From a virus: 64,000 nt of DNA. A model generated the notes under the pieces. It was not told the origin of the DNA. It saw nothing but the letters and a program-made list of their open reading frames with translations, and did no database searches. The position numbers and the translations under genes were made by a program. This document shows, in pieces, positions 7,872 through 16,607 of the stretch; the stretch's first letter is position 1; each line of letters starts with the position of its first letter. The DNA is taken from positions 1 to 64,000 of IMG/VR virus record IMGVR_UViG_3300023179_009086. One strand, written 5' to 3'.

Positions 7872-9781
7872 TAGTTTCTAGCCATTAATGAACTAACATA
7901 TCTTAGTAATTTGTTAGCAGACTCTGCTGTATATCCATGTTTTTCACATAGAGTATTAATAACTACATTAATTCTTTTAAGCTCTTCCTCATCTGGATTT
8001 CTAGTGCTTACAGTCAATCTGATGACATCTTGTCTTTCATCAAAGAGTTGCTTCTCTAAAGCTTCCTTTAGTTTTGGATGATCTTTGTAATTATAAGAAC
8101 CATTACTACTTTTGGCGCTTCTAAGCATTTTTCTATAGATTTCTTGTCTAAATGACTTTTTACCGCTCTCAGTAATTCCAACTTTTTCTTCAATGGATCT
8201 CATAAGTCTTTCATTTGGATCTTTTAAATTACCCCACTCATCTTCAATTTTAGTTCCATCTAGGAAAGCTCCAACATGATCCATATAATTATTGAGAAGA
8301 TTCTGAAGCTCTTCTTCAAAATTAACAAAGAAAGCTTTTTGAACTTCGCTCTTAGCAAGTTTTGAGTATTCTTCAATAACAGATGTCATAATATTTTCAA
8401 GTCTTTCAATTTCTTTAGAATCAAGTTTTGGATTAGTTTTAAATCCATCTCTAATAGATCTAATTACATCAATAGGAGTAATGCAAGTTGCACCTTCTTG
8501 TGCTAAAGTAGAAGAAATTCTATTAACAATATATCTAGGTGAAATTCCAGACATGCCTTCTGTATCAAATTCTTTCTTTAGAAGAGCAACATCTCCATGG
8601 GAAAAACCTTCGACTTCGTCACCATTATAGAGCCTCATTTTATTAATTGGTGTTGCCGCAGAGTTTTTGGACTCTTTAAGTCTTGATAGAATTGAGAACA
8701 TTGCTGCACAATAAAGTGTATATGGAGCAATATGTACTGATTTAAGATCTGAATTTTTAACTAATTTTTCATAAATCTTAACTTCATCGCTTACATTGAG
8801 ATTATAAGGAACTTTTACAACAATAATTCTATCATGTAAAGCTTCCATTTCTTCTTTTGCTAGAAATCTTTTATATTCGGTCTCATTGCTATGAGCAAGC
8901 AAAAATTCATCAGCATAGATGAGTGGAAATCTTCCAGTTTTAATATTCTTTTCTTGAGCAAGAGTTAATAAAACATAAAGAAATTTTTGATCTACCTTTA
9001 GCATTTCTACGAACTCCATCATGCCTCTGTTGGCTATATTGAGTTCTCCATCAAATCTAAAAGCTCTAGGGTCTGACTCCGATCCATACTCTCCAATCTT
9101 ACTCAAATCCATAGATCCTACTAGCTCGGAAATATCTTGACTCTTTTTATCTGAAGGAACAAAAGTTCCTATTCCAACTCTAGATTGCTCAGAGAAAATA
9201 ACTCTTTTAACTGGTAGATCTAAAAAGTTTCCATTGTACTGTTCTTTTAACACTAAATCCATAAGTGGACTTAACTGTCCTTCTATTTTAATTCCATAAT
9301 TTTCTAGCAAAGATTTTCTCAGATCATTTGGAATAGCCCAAAGTGGATCCTCATGCATAGGAGACTCGGAAAGAGCATAAATGGCACCCTCTGGAGTTTT
9401 TGAAAACTCCTCCATGCCTCTTTTTAACATAATAGCCAATTGTGACTTACCAGAAGAAGTTGGTCCGTATAGTAAAAGTATTCTTCTTGAAACCTCAGAG
9501 CCAGCCGCAGCAGCCCTTAAATAAGACATAATTTGCTCAATGGAATCTTCTGCTCCAAAGATTTCATTAGCAAAAAAATTATATTTAGTAATTTGTCCAG
9601 ATTCGCCTCTCTCCACTCCGGCATGCTCAATCATCTTTAAAACTCTAGAATGAGAGCTTATATTTAAGGCTGGATTCTCTATTACCATTTCCAAATAGTC
9701 TTTTAAGGTACCAGACCAAGAAAGTTCATTAGTTTTCTTGATATGCTTTGTCATTTCTTGGATAAGTTTGGCTGACTTCAT
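7871..9781 (-). CDS. prkA: PrkA/YeaG family AAA+ ATPase (annotated serine kinase family)
   Basis: RILLLYGPTSSGKS (Walker A), SPMHEDPL, SQDISELVG, SESDPRAF.FDGELNIANRGMMEFVEMLK, EALHDRI, GMSGISPR. TAATG coupling to yeaH. Confidence 0.93.
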   Translation of the reverse strand: MKSAKLIQEMTKHIKKTNELSWSGTLKDYLEMVIENPALNISSHSRVLKMIEHAGVERGESGQITKYNFFANEIFGAEDSIEQIMSYLRAAAAGSEVSRRILLLYGPTSSGKSQLAIMLKRGMEEFSKTPEGAIYALSESPMHEDPLWAIPNDLRKSLLENYGIKIEGQLSPLMDLVLKEQYNGNFLDLPVKRVIFSEQSRVGIGTFVPSDKKSQDISELVGSMDLSKIGEYGSESDPRAFRFDGELNIANRGMMEFVEMLKVDQKFLYVLLTLAQEKNIKTGRFPLIYADEFLLAHSNETEYKRFLAKEEMEALHDRIIVVKVPYNLNVSDEVKIYEKLVKNSDLKSVHIAPYTLYCAAMFSILSRLKESKNSAATPINKMRLYNGDEVEGFSHGDVALLKKEFDTEGMSGISPRYIVNRISSTLAQEGATCITPIDVIRSIRDGFKTNPKLDSKEIERLENIMTSVIEEYSKLAKSEVQKAFFVNFEEELQNLLNNYMDHVGAFLDGTKIEDEWGNLKDPNERLMRSIEEKVGITESGKKSFRQEIYRKMLRSAKSSNGSYNYKDHPKLKEALEKQLFDERQDVIRLTVSTRNPDEEELKRINVVINTLCEKHGYTAESANKLLRYVSSLMARN

Positions 9782-9784
9782 TTT

Positions 9785-10069
9785 TTATTCTCCCTCTCCA
9801 TATATATCTCTAATAGTATGTTGGTCACCGTTTTTTATTTTTTCTACTATATTTCTTGCTTCTTCACGCGCCTTTTCGACAATTTCTTGAGAAGATTTAG
9901 AAACTTTACTTGAAATTGTGTTATATATTCTATTAAAATTAGAGTTTCCACATTTTTTACAAATAATATTTTTAAATTTATTTTTATTTATAGACTGAAA
10001 ATCAATTATAGTACAAGAAAGCGTCTGTTCATTTTTGCAATCTATACATTTAATATTATACGTCGGCAT
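9785..10069 (-). CDS. FmdB-type zinc-ribbon protein
   Basis: MPTYNIKCIDC ... CKKCG ... RIYNTISS pattern. Confidence 0.7.
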   Translation of the reverse strand: MPTYNIKCIDCKNEQTLSCTIIDFQSINKNKFKNIICKKCGNSNFNRIYNTISSKVSKSSQEIVEKAREEARNIVEKIKNGDQHTIRDIYGEGE

Positions 10070-10244
10070 TTTCTTTTCCTATAAAAATAACTCGATCTTC
10101 TTCAAATTTTATTTTTCCAGCCATAGCTAGATCTCTAATTATTTGCTTTTGAAATTTTTTATCAGAAATAGTAATAGTAACTTCAAGCTCTTCCGTCTCT
10201 AAGTTAACATTAATATTTTTAATTCTACCTACTTCTTTTTCCAT
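10056..10244 (-). CDS. Small hypothetical protein
   Basis: Packed between co-directional neighbours with abutting or overlapping ends. Confidence 0.65.
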   Translation of the reverse strand: MEKEVGRIKNINVNLETEELEVTITISDKKFQKQIIRDLAMAGKIKFEEDRVIFIGKENADV

Positions 10245-10550
10245 TTATTTATCGGCAAAAATAGCATTAATTATATGAGGATTATCTTGATTAATTAAAA
10301 ATAAAATAGAAGTTTTTTTATCTTTTTTAATTTTAGAAATTAAATTGAATGGAATTGACATAATTGGAACGGCTCCAATTATAATTGGTGAATCTATCAT
10401 TTTATCTATAGGCAATAGATCTAAATATTTTTCAGACATATTTATATTTAATACTAAATATTTTGAATATTCTTCAGATAAAGAAATTTTTATTTCTATA
10501 ATATCATTTTTATTAATGCCAGATGATTTTATCCCTTTTCTATATTTCAT
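10245..10550 (-). CDS. Hypothetical protein
   Basis: Likely start is the ATG at 10550 (GGAG 6 nt upstream), overlapping the dnaB stop. Confidence 0.6.
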   Translation of the reverse strand: MKYRKGIKSSGINKNDIIEIKISLSEEYSKYLVLNINMSEKYLDLLPIDKMIDSPIIIGAVPIMSIPFNLISKIKKDKKTSILFLINQDNPHIINAIFADK

Positions 10551-11907
10551 TTTCATCTCCACTATCTGCAATCCAATTATCAGGAAGACTTTCAATTCTA
10601 CTTTTATCAAAAGCCTTCTTTAAGAGAATTGCACCCTTAGCGCCATCTCGATTTTTTACAATATGAATTTCCATATCTTCTCGGAGATGTTCATCTTCTC
10701 TATTTCCAATAATTAAAGCAATAGCTGCGTTATCTCCAATCATTTTACTTCTGCCGAAGTCTTCTAGATTTACATCATCTACTTTTTTACCATTAGTTTT
10801 TTTCTGGGCTGCTTTTCTTTGCGCTGCAGTAACTACTGGTAAATTCTTTTTTCTACAGAATTCATGTAATTCCTCAGAAACTTTTCCAACGTCGAGCCAG
10901 TCGGTTCCTACCGCTCCAATAGTGGGCTTCATAAGCTGAAGATAATCAACAAAAACTGCATCTGGTTTAAAGATGCCAAGAATAGTTTCATATTTGGCCT
11001 CTATTTCTCCCATGGTTGTTCCACGGGGCATATCTAGAATGTAAAAAACTTTATCATAAGTTTTTTGAAATTCTAAACATTTAGACCATCTATAATGCTC
11101 ATCTCCAGAAAGGGTAGCCCTCATAATTCCCCTATGTCTAATTCCAGCAAGATTGGCATCTAGTCTTTGTTCCAATTGCTGTTTAGACATTTCCAGAGAA
11201 ATGTAAAGAATATTTTTTCCATCTGGATGGCCAGTAATGCCTTCTGCAGGATCATTGCTACCCCTCCATGCATTAATAGCCATATTCATCATTAAGAGGG
11301 ATTTTCCAGAAGATGAAGCTCCACCGATGACTAACATCTCTGAATTTTTAATTCCCCAAGTATAATCGTCTAATTCTTTATAACCAGAGAGAAAACCTCT
11401 GATTTGTTCTGGATTTTCTAATACATAATCATAGTGTCTTAAACGATCTTCTGTAGAATCAGAAACTCTTCCTTCTGAAAAAGCACTTTGTTTATAAAGT
11501 TTTTCAGTTTGAGCAATGACTTTTTTAATATCATCATTGATATCTTTAATATCACTACCTTCTTCTTCTATTTCTTCTACTTTTTTAACTAACCTATCAG
11601 CAAGATATTTATTATATCTTATTTTAATTTTATCTATTAAAAATCCAATCTCATTAGCTTGAGTTTTTTCACCCTCAATAATAGAAATAACTCTTGTGGG
11701 TTCCCCATCTTGTTCTAGAAGTTCTTTTAGTACATTGTGAGAGGGTGGGATTTTATGTCTTGAATAATAAGTGCAAATTTTTTCTACAGCTGGTTTAAAA
11801 TCTGGTAACAAAACTGCTTTTATTAGATCTGGATCTAAATTTCTAATTACCTCATTATACTCTAGAGGTCCTTTGGACATCCAAGATAAAATTTTAGCAT
11901 CTATCAA
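10540..11907 (-). CDS. dnaB: DnaB-like (SF4) replicative helicase
   Basis: GGASSSGKS, YISLEMS, FVDYLQLM, VVTAAQ, IVKNRDG. Confidence 0.92.
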   Translation of the reverse strand: MIDAKILSWMSKGPLEYNEVIRNLDPDLIKAVLLPDFKPAVEKICTYYSRHKIPPSHNVLKELLEQDGEPTRVISIIEGEKTQANEIGFLIDKIKIRYNKYLADRLVKKVEEIEEEGSDIKDINDDIKKVIAQTEKLYKQSAFSEGRVSDSTEDRLRHYDYVLENPEQIRGFLSGYKELDDYTWGIKNSEMLVIGGASSSGKSLLMMNMAINAWRGSNDPAEGITGHPDGKNILYISLEMSKQQLEQRLDANLAGIRHRGIMRATLSGDEHYRWSKCLEFQKTYDKVFYILDMPRGTTMGEIEAKYETILGIFKPDAVFVDYLQLMKPTIGAVGTDWLDVGKVSEELHEFCRKKNLPVVTAAQRKAAQKKTNGKKVDDVNLEDFGRSKMIGDNAAIALIIGNREDEHLREDMEIHIVKNRDGAKGAILLKKAFDKSRIESLPDNWIADSGDENEI

Positions 11908-12569
11908 GATTTCCTCCTTTGATCCTTGCCTCCCACGTATAAGACCTCTATATGCTGCGACCTAAGCGACTTAAAGGTTCTTCCGAAGTGGCCTGCAAAT
12001 ATTTTATCCACATCATCGGCGTTAGAACACATTATGGTTGGTAGGCCATTTTGAAATCTGCTTCGAAGCAGATGTTCCATTGTAGAACCAAATAACTGCT
12101 CGGATTTTTCAGATGGAAAAATCCATCTTGGATCCAGCTCATCTATGGCCAAAAAATCTGTATCCAAAAGTGATTGTAAATATTCTCCACTATTGTCTTT
12201 AATTACTTTATTAACAATATCTGCCATAGTAGTATAGATTGATTTATAATCACTTACAATTGCTAACTTTAAAAGACAACAAATGCTATAAGTCTTACCG
12301 ACGCCTAAAGATCCAACTAAAATCATAGATCCGCCATGATCGTATATTTTATTGATATCTTTTAATTTTTCTCTAAATAAATCTGCAAAATTTTGATCAC
12401 CAATAAAATCCTTAAAAGAAGAATTCCAATAAATTGTAGGAATACCGGCTACTGCATATCTATCTATTCTAGATGCTTTTTTCTGACAGTTAAAACAAGA
12501 TCCATTTTGACAAGTACATTCATTATATATTTTTTGTTTTTCTCTAGTAATTTTATTATCAGGAATCAT
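11904..12569 (-). CDS. DnaC/DnaI/IstB-like ATPase, probable helicase loader
   Basis: N-terminal CxC...CxxC, AGIP, GSLGVGKT, LAIDELD, RFQNGLPTIMCSN. Overlaps the dnaB start. Confidence 0.82.
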   Translation of the reverse strand: MIPDNKITREKQKIYNECTCQNGSCFNCQKKASRIDRYAVAGIPTIYWNSSFKDFIGDQNFADLFREKLKDINKIYDHGGSMILVGSLGVGKTYSICCLLKLAIVSDYKSIYTTMADIVNKVIKDNSGEYLQSLLDTDFLAIDELDPRWIFPSEKSEQLFGSTMEHLLRSRFQNGLPTIMCSNADDVDKIFAGHFGRTFKSLRSQHIEVLYVGGKDQRRKS

Positions 12570-12966
12570 CTTCTACCTTAAAATTTAAGACATTACTTGA
12601 ATTAGTTTCTTTAAAAGAAATAGAAAGATCATCTTCATTATCATGATGTTTTTTACCCAATAATGATCTTGGTATATTTAAAAATGTTTCAGAATAAGAA
12701 ATTCCATTTTCTGGAAAAAATTCTTCAATATATTCTTCTTTTTCAGGAGGATTTTCTTCAGAAATATGTTTAATATTTTTTTCTTTTATTTTATTAGAAT
12801 TTTCAATTTTAACAAAATTGACTTTATTTTTAAATAATAAATATAATTCTCCATTTTTATTTAAAATAATTTTATCAGAATCCTGACTAGCAACAAGGCC
12901 AGAAATTTCCCATCCGCCGTCTAGAAAGAAAGACGCATATTTACCAACTAAATTTGTGTTTGACAT
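12559..12966 (-). CDS. Sm/Hfq-like fold protein with acidic C-terminal tail
   Basis: FFLDGGWEISGLVASQDSDKIIL...LYLLFKNKVNFV aligns by eye to the Hfq Sm1/Sm2 pattern. Confidence 0.5.
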   Translation of the reverse strand: MSNTNLVGKYASFFLDGGWEISGLVASQDSDKIILNKNGELYLLFKNKVNFVKIENSNKIKEKNIKHISEENPPEKEEYIEEFFPENGISYSETFLNIPRSLLGKKHHDNEDDLSISFKETNSSNVLNFKVEDDS

Positions 12967-13565
12967 TATATAATCTCCATATTTTTTGCTTTAGAAATTA
13001 CCAAAAATTCTATTGAGTCCATTGGTAATTTATAATTTTCAATATACTTTTCTAAAATTTTTAAATCACTAATTTCATCAATTTGATGTTTTTCAAAAAT
13101 TTCTGGATAATCTTTTTTAATTATTGAAAGAAATATTTCCAATTTATTTTTATCAGAATTTTTTTGTAAATAAAAAGAATACATTCTTTCAAATTCGTTC
13201 ATCATTGATGGCATTAAAAATAAATTTGTTCCAGTTACAGATTTATCACCACTTCTAAATTTATAATCAAACATCCAATTAATATAATTATATATTTTAT
13301 TGATTACTTTTCCTTTGGCTTCTAATTTTAGAAGAGGTGAAAGATCCTCATAGTTTTCTGGTGCAAATGTCTTAAATAATTTTGCAAAATCACGACTTTC
13401 TTTTCCCTTTCCAGGATCATCTTTCCATCTAACAAGTCTAAATCTTACCCCATTTTTTTGTTCATATTTATGACAAAAATACGCCATAAGCGTAATATGA
13501 TTCCATTTTGAACGTTCTTTTTCTATCCATTCTGGAATCATTACATAAAATTCTTCTTGGGTCAT
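12966..13565 (-). CDS. Hypothetical protein in the replication cluster
   Basis: Likely start is the ATG at 13565 (AGGAG 4 nt upstream). TAATG coupling to the next gene. Confidence 0.7.
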   Translation of the reverse strand: MTQEEFYVMIPEWIEKERSKWNHITLMAYFCHKYEQKNGVRFRLVRWKDDPGKGKESRDFAKLFKTFAPENYEDLSPLLKLEAKGKVINKIYNYINWMFDYKFRSGDKSVTGTNLFLMPSMMNEFERMYSFYLQKNSDKNKLEIFLSIIKKDYPEIFEKHQIDEISDLKILEKYIENYKLPMDSIEFLVISKAKNMEII

Positions 13566-13657
13566 AGAACTCCTTCTGCAGGGATAGCTACAGTTGTAGA
13601 AACTTTTTACTGCATAAGCAAAAATAACCACAGGATGGTAAACGAATTATTTTTTTA

Positions 13658-15187
13658 TTATGTCCATTTAACTGGTTTTCTATCTGGATAAGATAAAATC
13701 TCTTTTTTTGGCATTAAAATTTTAAAAGCAGGCTCACTTTCATAAATTTTAATTCTAGATTCAGAATGATCTTTTAAATACTTACAATTATCATAAAAAT
13801 CAACAATTATTGCTTTCTCTTTTCCTTTTGCTAGTCTAATAACTCTACCTATTCTTTGTAGGGCTCTACCGCTTGACTTTCCTGAGCCAGCCAAAACTAG
13901 TGCATCAAGTTCTGGTATATCTACGCCTTGATCAAAAATTTTTGAGGCAACAAGAACTTCAATTTTTCCATCCTTCATATCTTGAATAGTTTCCAACCTA
14001 TTTTTTGTAGATTTTGCGCCATCTAAAAATTTTGCATTGATTCCATCTTCAGATAATAAATCCATAATTTTTTTACCGTGATTAACTCTAACCACTAAAA
14101 TTAAAATTTTCTTGCCTGCAGATAATAATTTTTTTGTTGCTTTTAAAATTAAAGCATTCCTATCATCATTTTCTACAATATATTTTGTATATATTTGAGG
14201 ATAATTTGTTCCAACATTTCTTATTACTGGAACATTAAAAAAATGAATTTCTGGAGGAATCAAAAATCCTTTCTTAATTAATTTCGTTGCATTTAAATCA
14301 TAAATTTTCTTGCCAGCCACTGCTTCAATCAAGATATCATCTCCAGTATCTCTCCATGGAGTTCCAGATAATAAAAATCTATGTTTAGCAGAAATACTAG
14401 CTTTATGAATAAATTGTAATGTTTCCGAAGCAGCATATTGGCATTCATCAAAAATAAATAATTGTGCTTCTTCTACTTTTTTTCTAATTTCTAACTTGGT
14501 AGACGATTTTAAAGATATATTTTTTTCTTCTGTTAAATCATTGTCTTCTATTTTTGCTTCTTTATCAAAGGCTGCGGCAGCAGACCAAATTGTCATAATG
14601 GTAATTTGATGACCTAATTCACAAATTCCACCTCCCACAATTCCACAGGTAATTCCGTATGCACTTTCTATAGTATTTTTCATTTGATAAAGTAATTCAA
14701 TACCTATTACATAAATAACAGTTGGAATATTATATTGCGCTGCCAAGCTAGCTATTATTAGACTTTTTCCACCACCGGTGGCAACACGAATTATTCCAGA
14801 ACCATTTTCCTTAGCAGCATCTAGGGCTGCCCTTTGATATTCTCTAATCTCAAATTTAGAAGTATCAAGTATTAGTGGTGGTCCATATTTTAGAATTGGT
14901 CTATGGTCTTCTACAGAATATTGTATTTTTTCTTCATCCAATATTTCTTTAACTCTAGTTAAAAACCCAACTGGAAATTTCTGAGACTGACTAAATAATC
15001 TTATTTTGCCATCCCAACCGCCCATCTTCCCAGAAAGACCATAGCCACCTCGTCCACCAGTCATAAACTGGTATCCAGGGTGGCTATAGCTTAAAGATTC
15101 ATCTAATTTTTGAAAAAGATTTAAACTTAATTGTCCATCAATTTTTATAAAAGTATTGTAAATTTTTAAAGTTAACATAATTTCCAT
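13658..15187 (-). CDS. Superfamily 2 helicase (UvsW/Rad25-like)
   Basis: WDGKIRLF, IREYQ, ATGGGKS, DECQ, SGTP, GVDIPELD, QRIGR. Confidence 0.9.
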   Translation of the reverse strand: MEIMLTLKIYNTFIKIDGQLSLNLFQKLDESLSYSHPGYQFMTGGRGGYGLSGKMGGWDGKIRLFSQSQKFPVGFLTRVKEILDEEKIQYSVEDHRPILKYGPPLILDTSKFEIREYQRAALDAAKENGSGIIRVATGGGKSLIIASLAAQYNIPTVIYVIGIELLYQMKNTIESAYGITCGIVGGGICELGHQITIMTIWSAAAAFDKEAKIEDNDLTEEKNISLKSSTKLEIRKKVEEAQLFIFDECQYAASETLQFIHKASISAKHRFLLSGTPWRDTGDDILIEAVAGKKIYDLNATKLIKKGFLIPPEIHFFNVPVIRNVGTNYPQIYTKYIVENDDRNALILKATKKLLSAGKKILILVVRVNHGKKIMDLLSEDGINAKFLDGAKSTKNRLETIQDMKDGKIEVLVASKIFDQGVDIPELDALVLAGSGKSSGRALQRIGRVIRLAKGKEKAIIVDFYDNCKYLKDHSESRIKIYESEPAFKILMPKKEILSYPDRKPVKWT

Positions 15188-15214
15188 TTATTTTTATATT
15201 CATATTCATGATAT

Positions 15215-15220
15215 ATTATA
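15215..15220 (-). promoter_or_regulatory. Candidate -10 element (TATAAT) upstream of the helicase/replication cluster
   Basis: Perfect TATAAT in the short intergenic gap. AT-rich background weakens the call. Confidence 0.35.
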
Positions 15221-15248
15221 AACAGAAATTAATTTTGTGACAACTATT

Positions 15249-16607
15249 CTAGCGTTTTCTCCTCATATCAATGAGGGAATTTTGAGAACTTCCTGTAACT
15301 TGAAGTCTATTAAAACCAGAATTTTTTCTTTGAATTTTTTTATGAATCTCACTAGCAACATTAGCTACTGCATCATCTTCAAGTGACATACTCATAGCCT
15401 TTACTCTATCTTTTTCTTTTTGAGAAGAAACTGCAGATTGAGCTTTACTTTCTTCTTTTAAAGTTTCTATTCTAGATTTAGGGAGTCCTAATCCAGCAAA
15501 CCAGCTATAGATTTTAACAGAATCTGTTTCAGATTCAACATCATAAATACCCTGAAATATAAAGGCGCCCTTTGTTTGTTCAGAAATCATATGAAAACAA
15601 TAATTAATATTAATGGCTGGAAGTTTATCTAAAACTTCTTTAGAACCAGTAATAATAACTCCACCCACCCTTGTTTGAGTTAAATCAAAACCTTCAGCTA
15701 GCATGTTAGAATTTAAACTATCAATAACTGATTCAGCTAGGGCGGTCTCATTCATATAATCTTCAACTTCAATGACACCATAAACAGAACAATCTCCTGC
15801 AGAAACAATCTTCCCGAAATCACTTGGATCCAGAGAAGTAAATCTTGATGGTCTAGAAGTTAAATGGTTAAAGACATCAATAGGTTCAACGATAGCTCTA
15901 TTGGAGGCCTCCCAGAATTTAGCCTGGGATAGATTTGCATAAATAGCCTCTATTCTAGCATTATCAACAACAACTAAAGAAGCAATAACATTGGCCGAGG
16001 AAAGTTTGGCTAACTTAGAAAGAGTTTCAAGGGAATTCTTTTTAGACTGAGAATCCTCTGTAGCTTTTGGCAATACATAAATAACTCCAACCGGAGTTCC
16101 AAACTCATATAACATAGGTACCATAGTTTCAACAGAGGAAGATCCAGTTCCTCCGCCACCAGAAACAGCTAGGTAAACCATATTATTGCCTTCAATAATT
16201 TTTCTAGAGAATTCTGTAATCTCATCCAGAGATGAAGCAAAAATCTCTCGACCCAATTCAAGATCTTTTCCGGTTCCGCCAAGAGTTCCGGTTAACAGAA
16301 GTTTGTTATGGGGAAGCACATCAATATATTCAAGATCTTGAGAAGAAGTGTTTATAACTCCAGCATCATAACCTAGCTTGTGAAAAACTTCGGCAATTCT
16401 AGAACCAGCCTGGCCGACACCTATTACGGCCATTTCAATAGCCACACTTCTTTTAGCAACGACTTTTGGCACTTCTTCCTCCACTTTCTTTTCTAATCTT
16501 CCTCTAAGTTTTTGTAAAGTAGCAGCATCTAAAGCAGATTTATTTAATGCAGATGTTAACTTATCATTTTCTTCTTTTATTTCTTCTTTTGTTTTATTTT
16601 GTTCCAT
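15249..16607 (-). CDS. Tubulin/FtsZ superfamily GTPase (PhuZ/TubZ/CetZ-like)
   Basis: IGVGQAGSRIA, INTS, GGTGKD, signature GGGGTGS, VVVDNA, LDPSDF. Start moved to 16607 (GAGGA SD). Confidence 0.88.
   Translation of the reverse strand: MEQNKTKEEIKEENDKLTSALNKSALDAATLQKLRGRLEKKVEEEVPKVVAKRSVAIEMAVIGVGQAGSRIAEVFHKLGYDAGVINTSSQDLEYIDVLPHNKLLLTGTLGGTGKDLELGREIFASSLDEITEFSRKIIEGNNMVYLAVSGGGGTGSSSVETMVPMLYEFGTPVGVIYVLPKATEDSQSKKNSLETLSKLAKLSSANVIASLVVVDNARIEAIYANLSQAKFWEASNRAIVEPIDVFNHLTSRPSRFTSLDPSDFGKIVSAGDCSVYGVIEVEDYMNETALAESVIDSLNSNMLAEGFDLTQTRVGGVIITGSKEVLDKLPAININYCFHMISEQTKGAFIFQGIYDVESETDSVKIYSWFAGLGLPKSRIETLKEESKAQSAVSSQKEKDRVKAMSMSLEDDAVANVASEIHKKIQRKNSGFNRLQVTGSSQNSLIDMRRKR

Noticed and set aside
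15138-15209. 23-codon ORF starting 5 nt after TATAAT and overlapping the helicase start
   Set aside because: Too short and low in complexity to support; probably chance.
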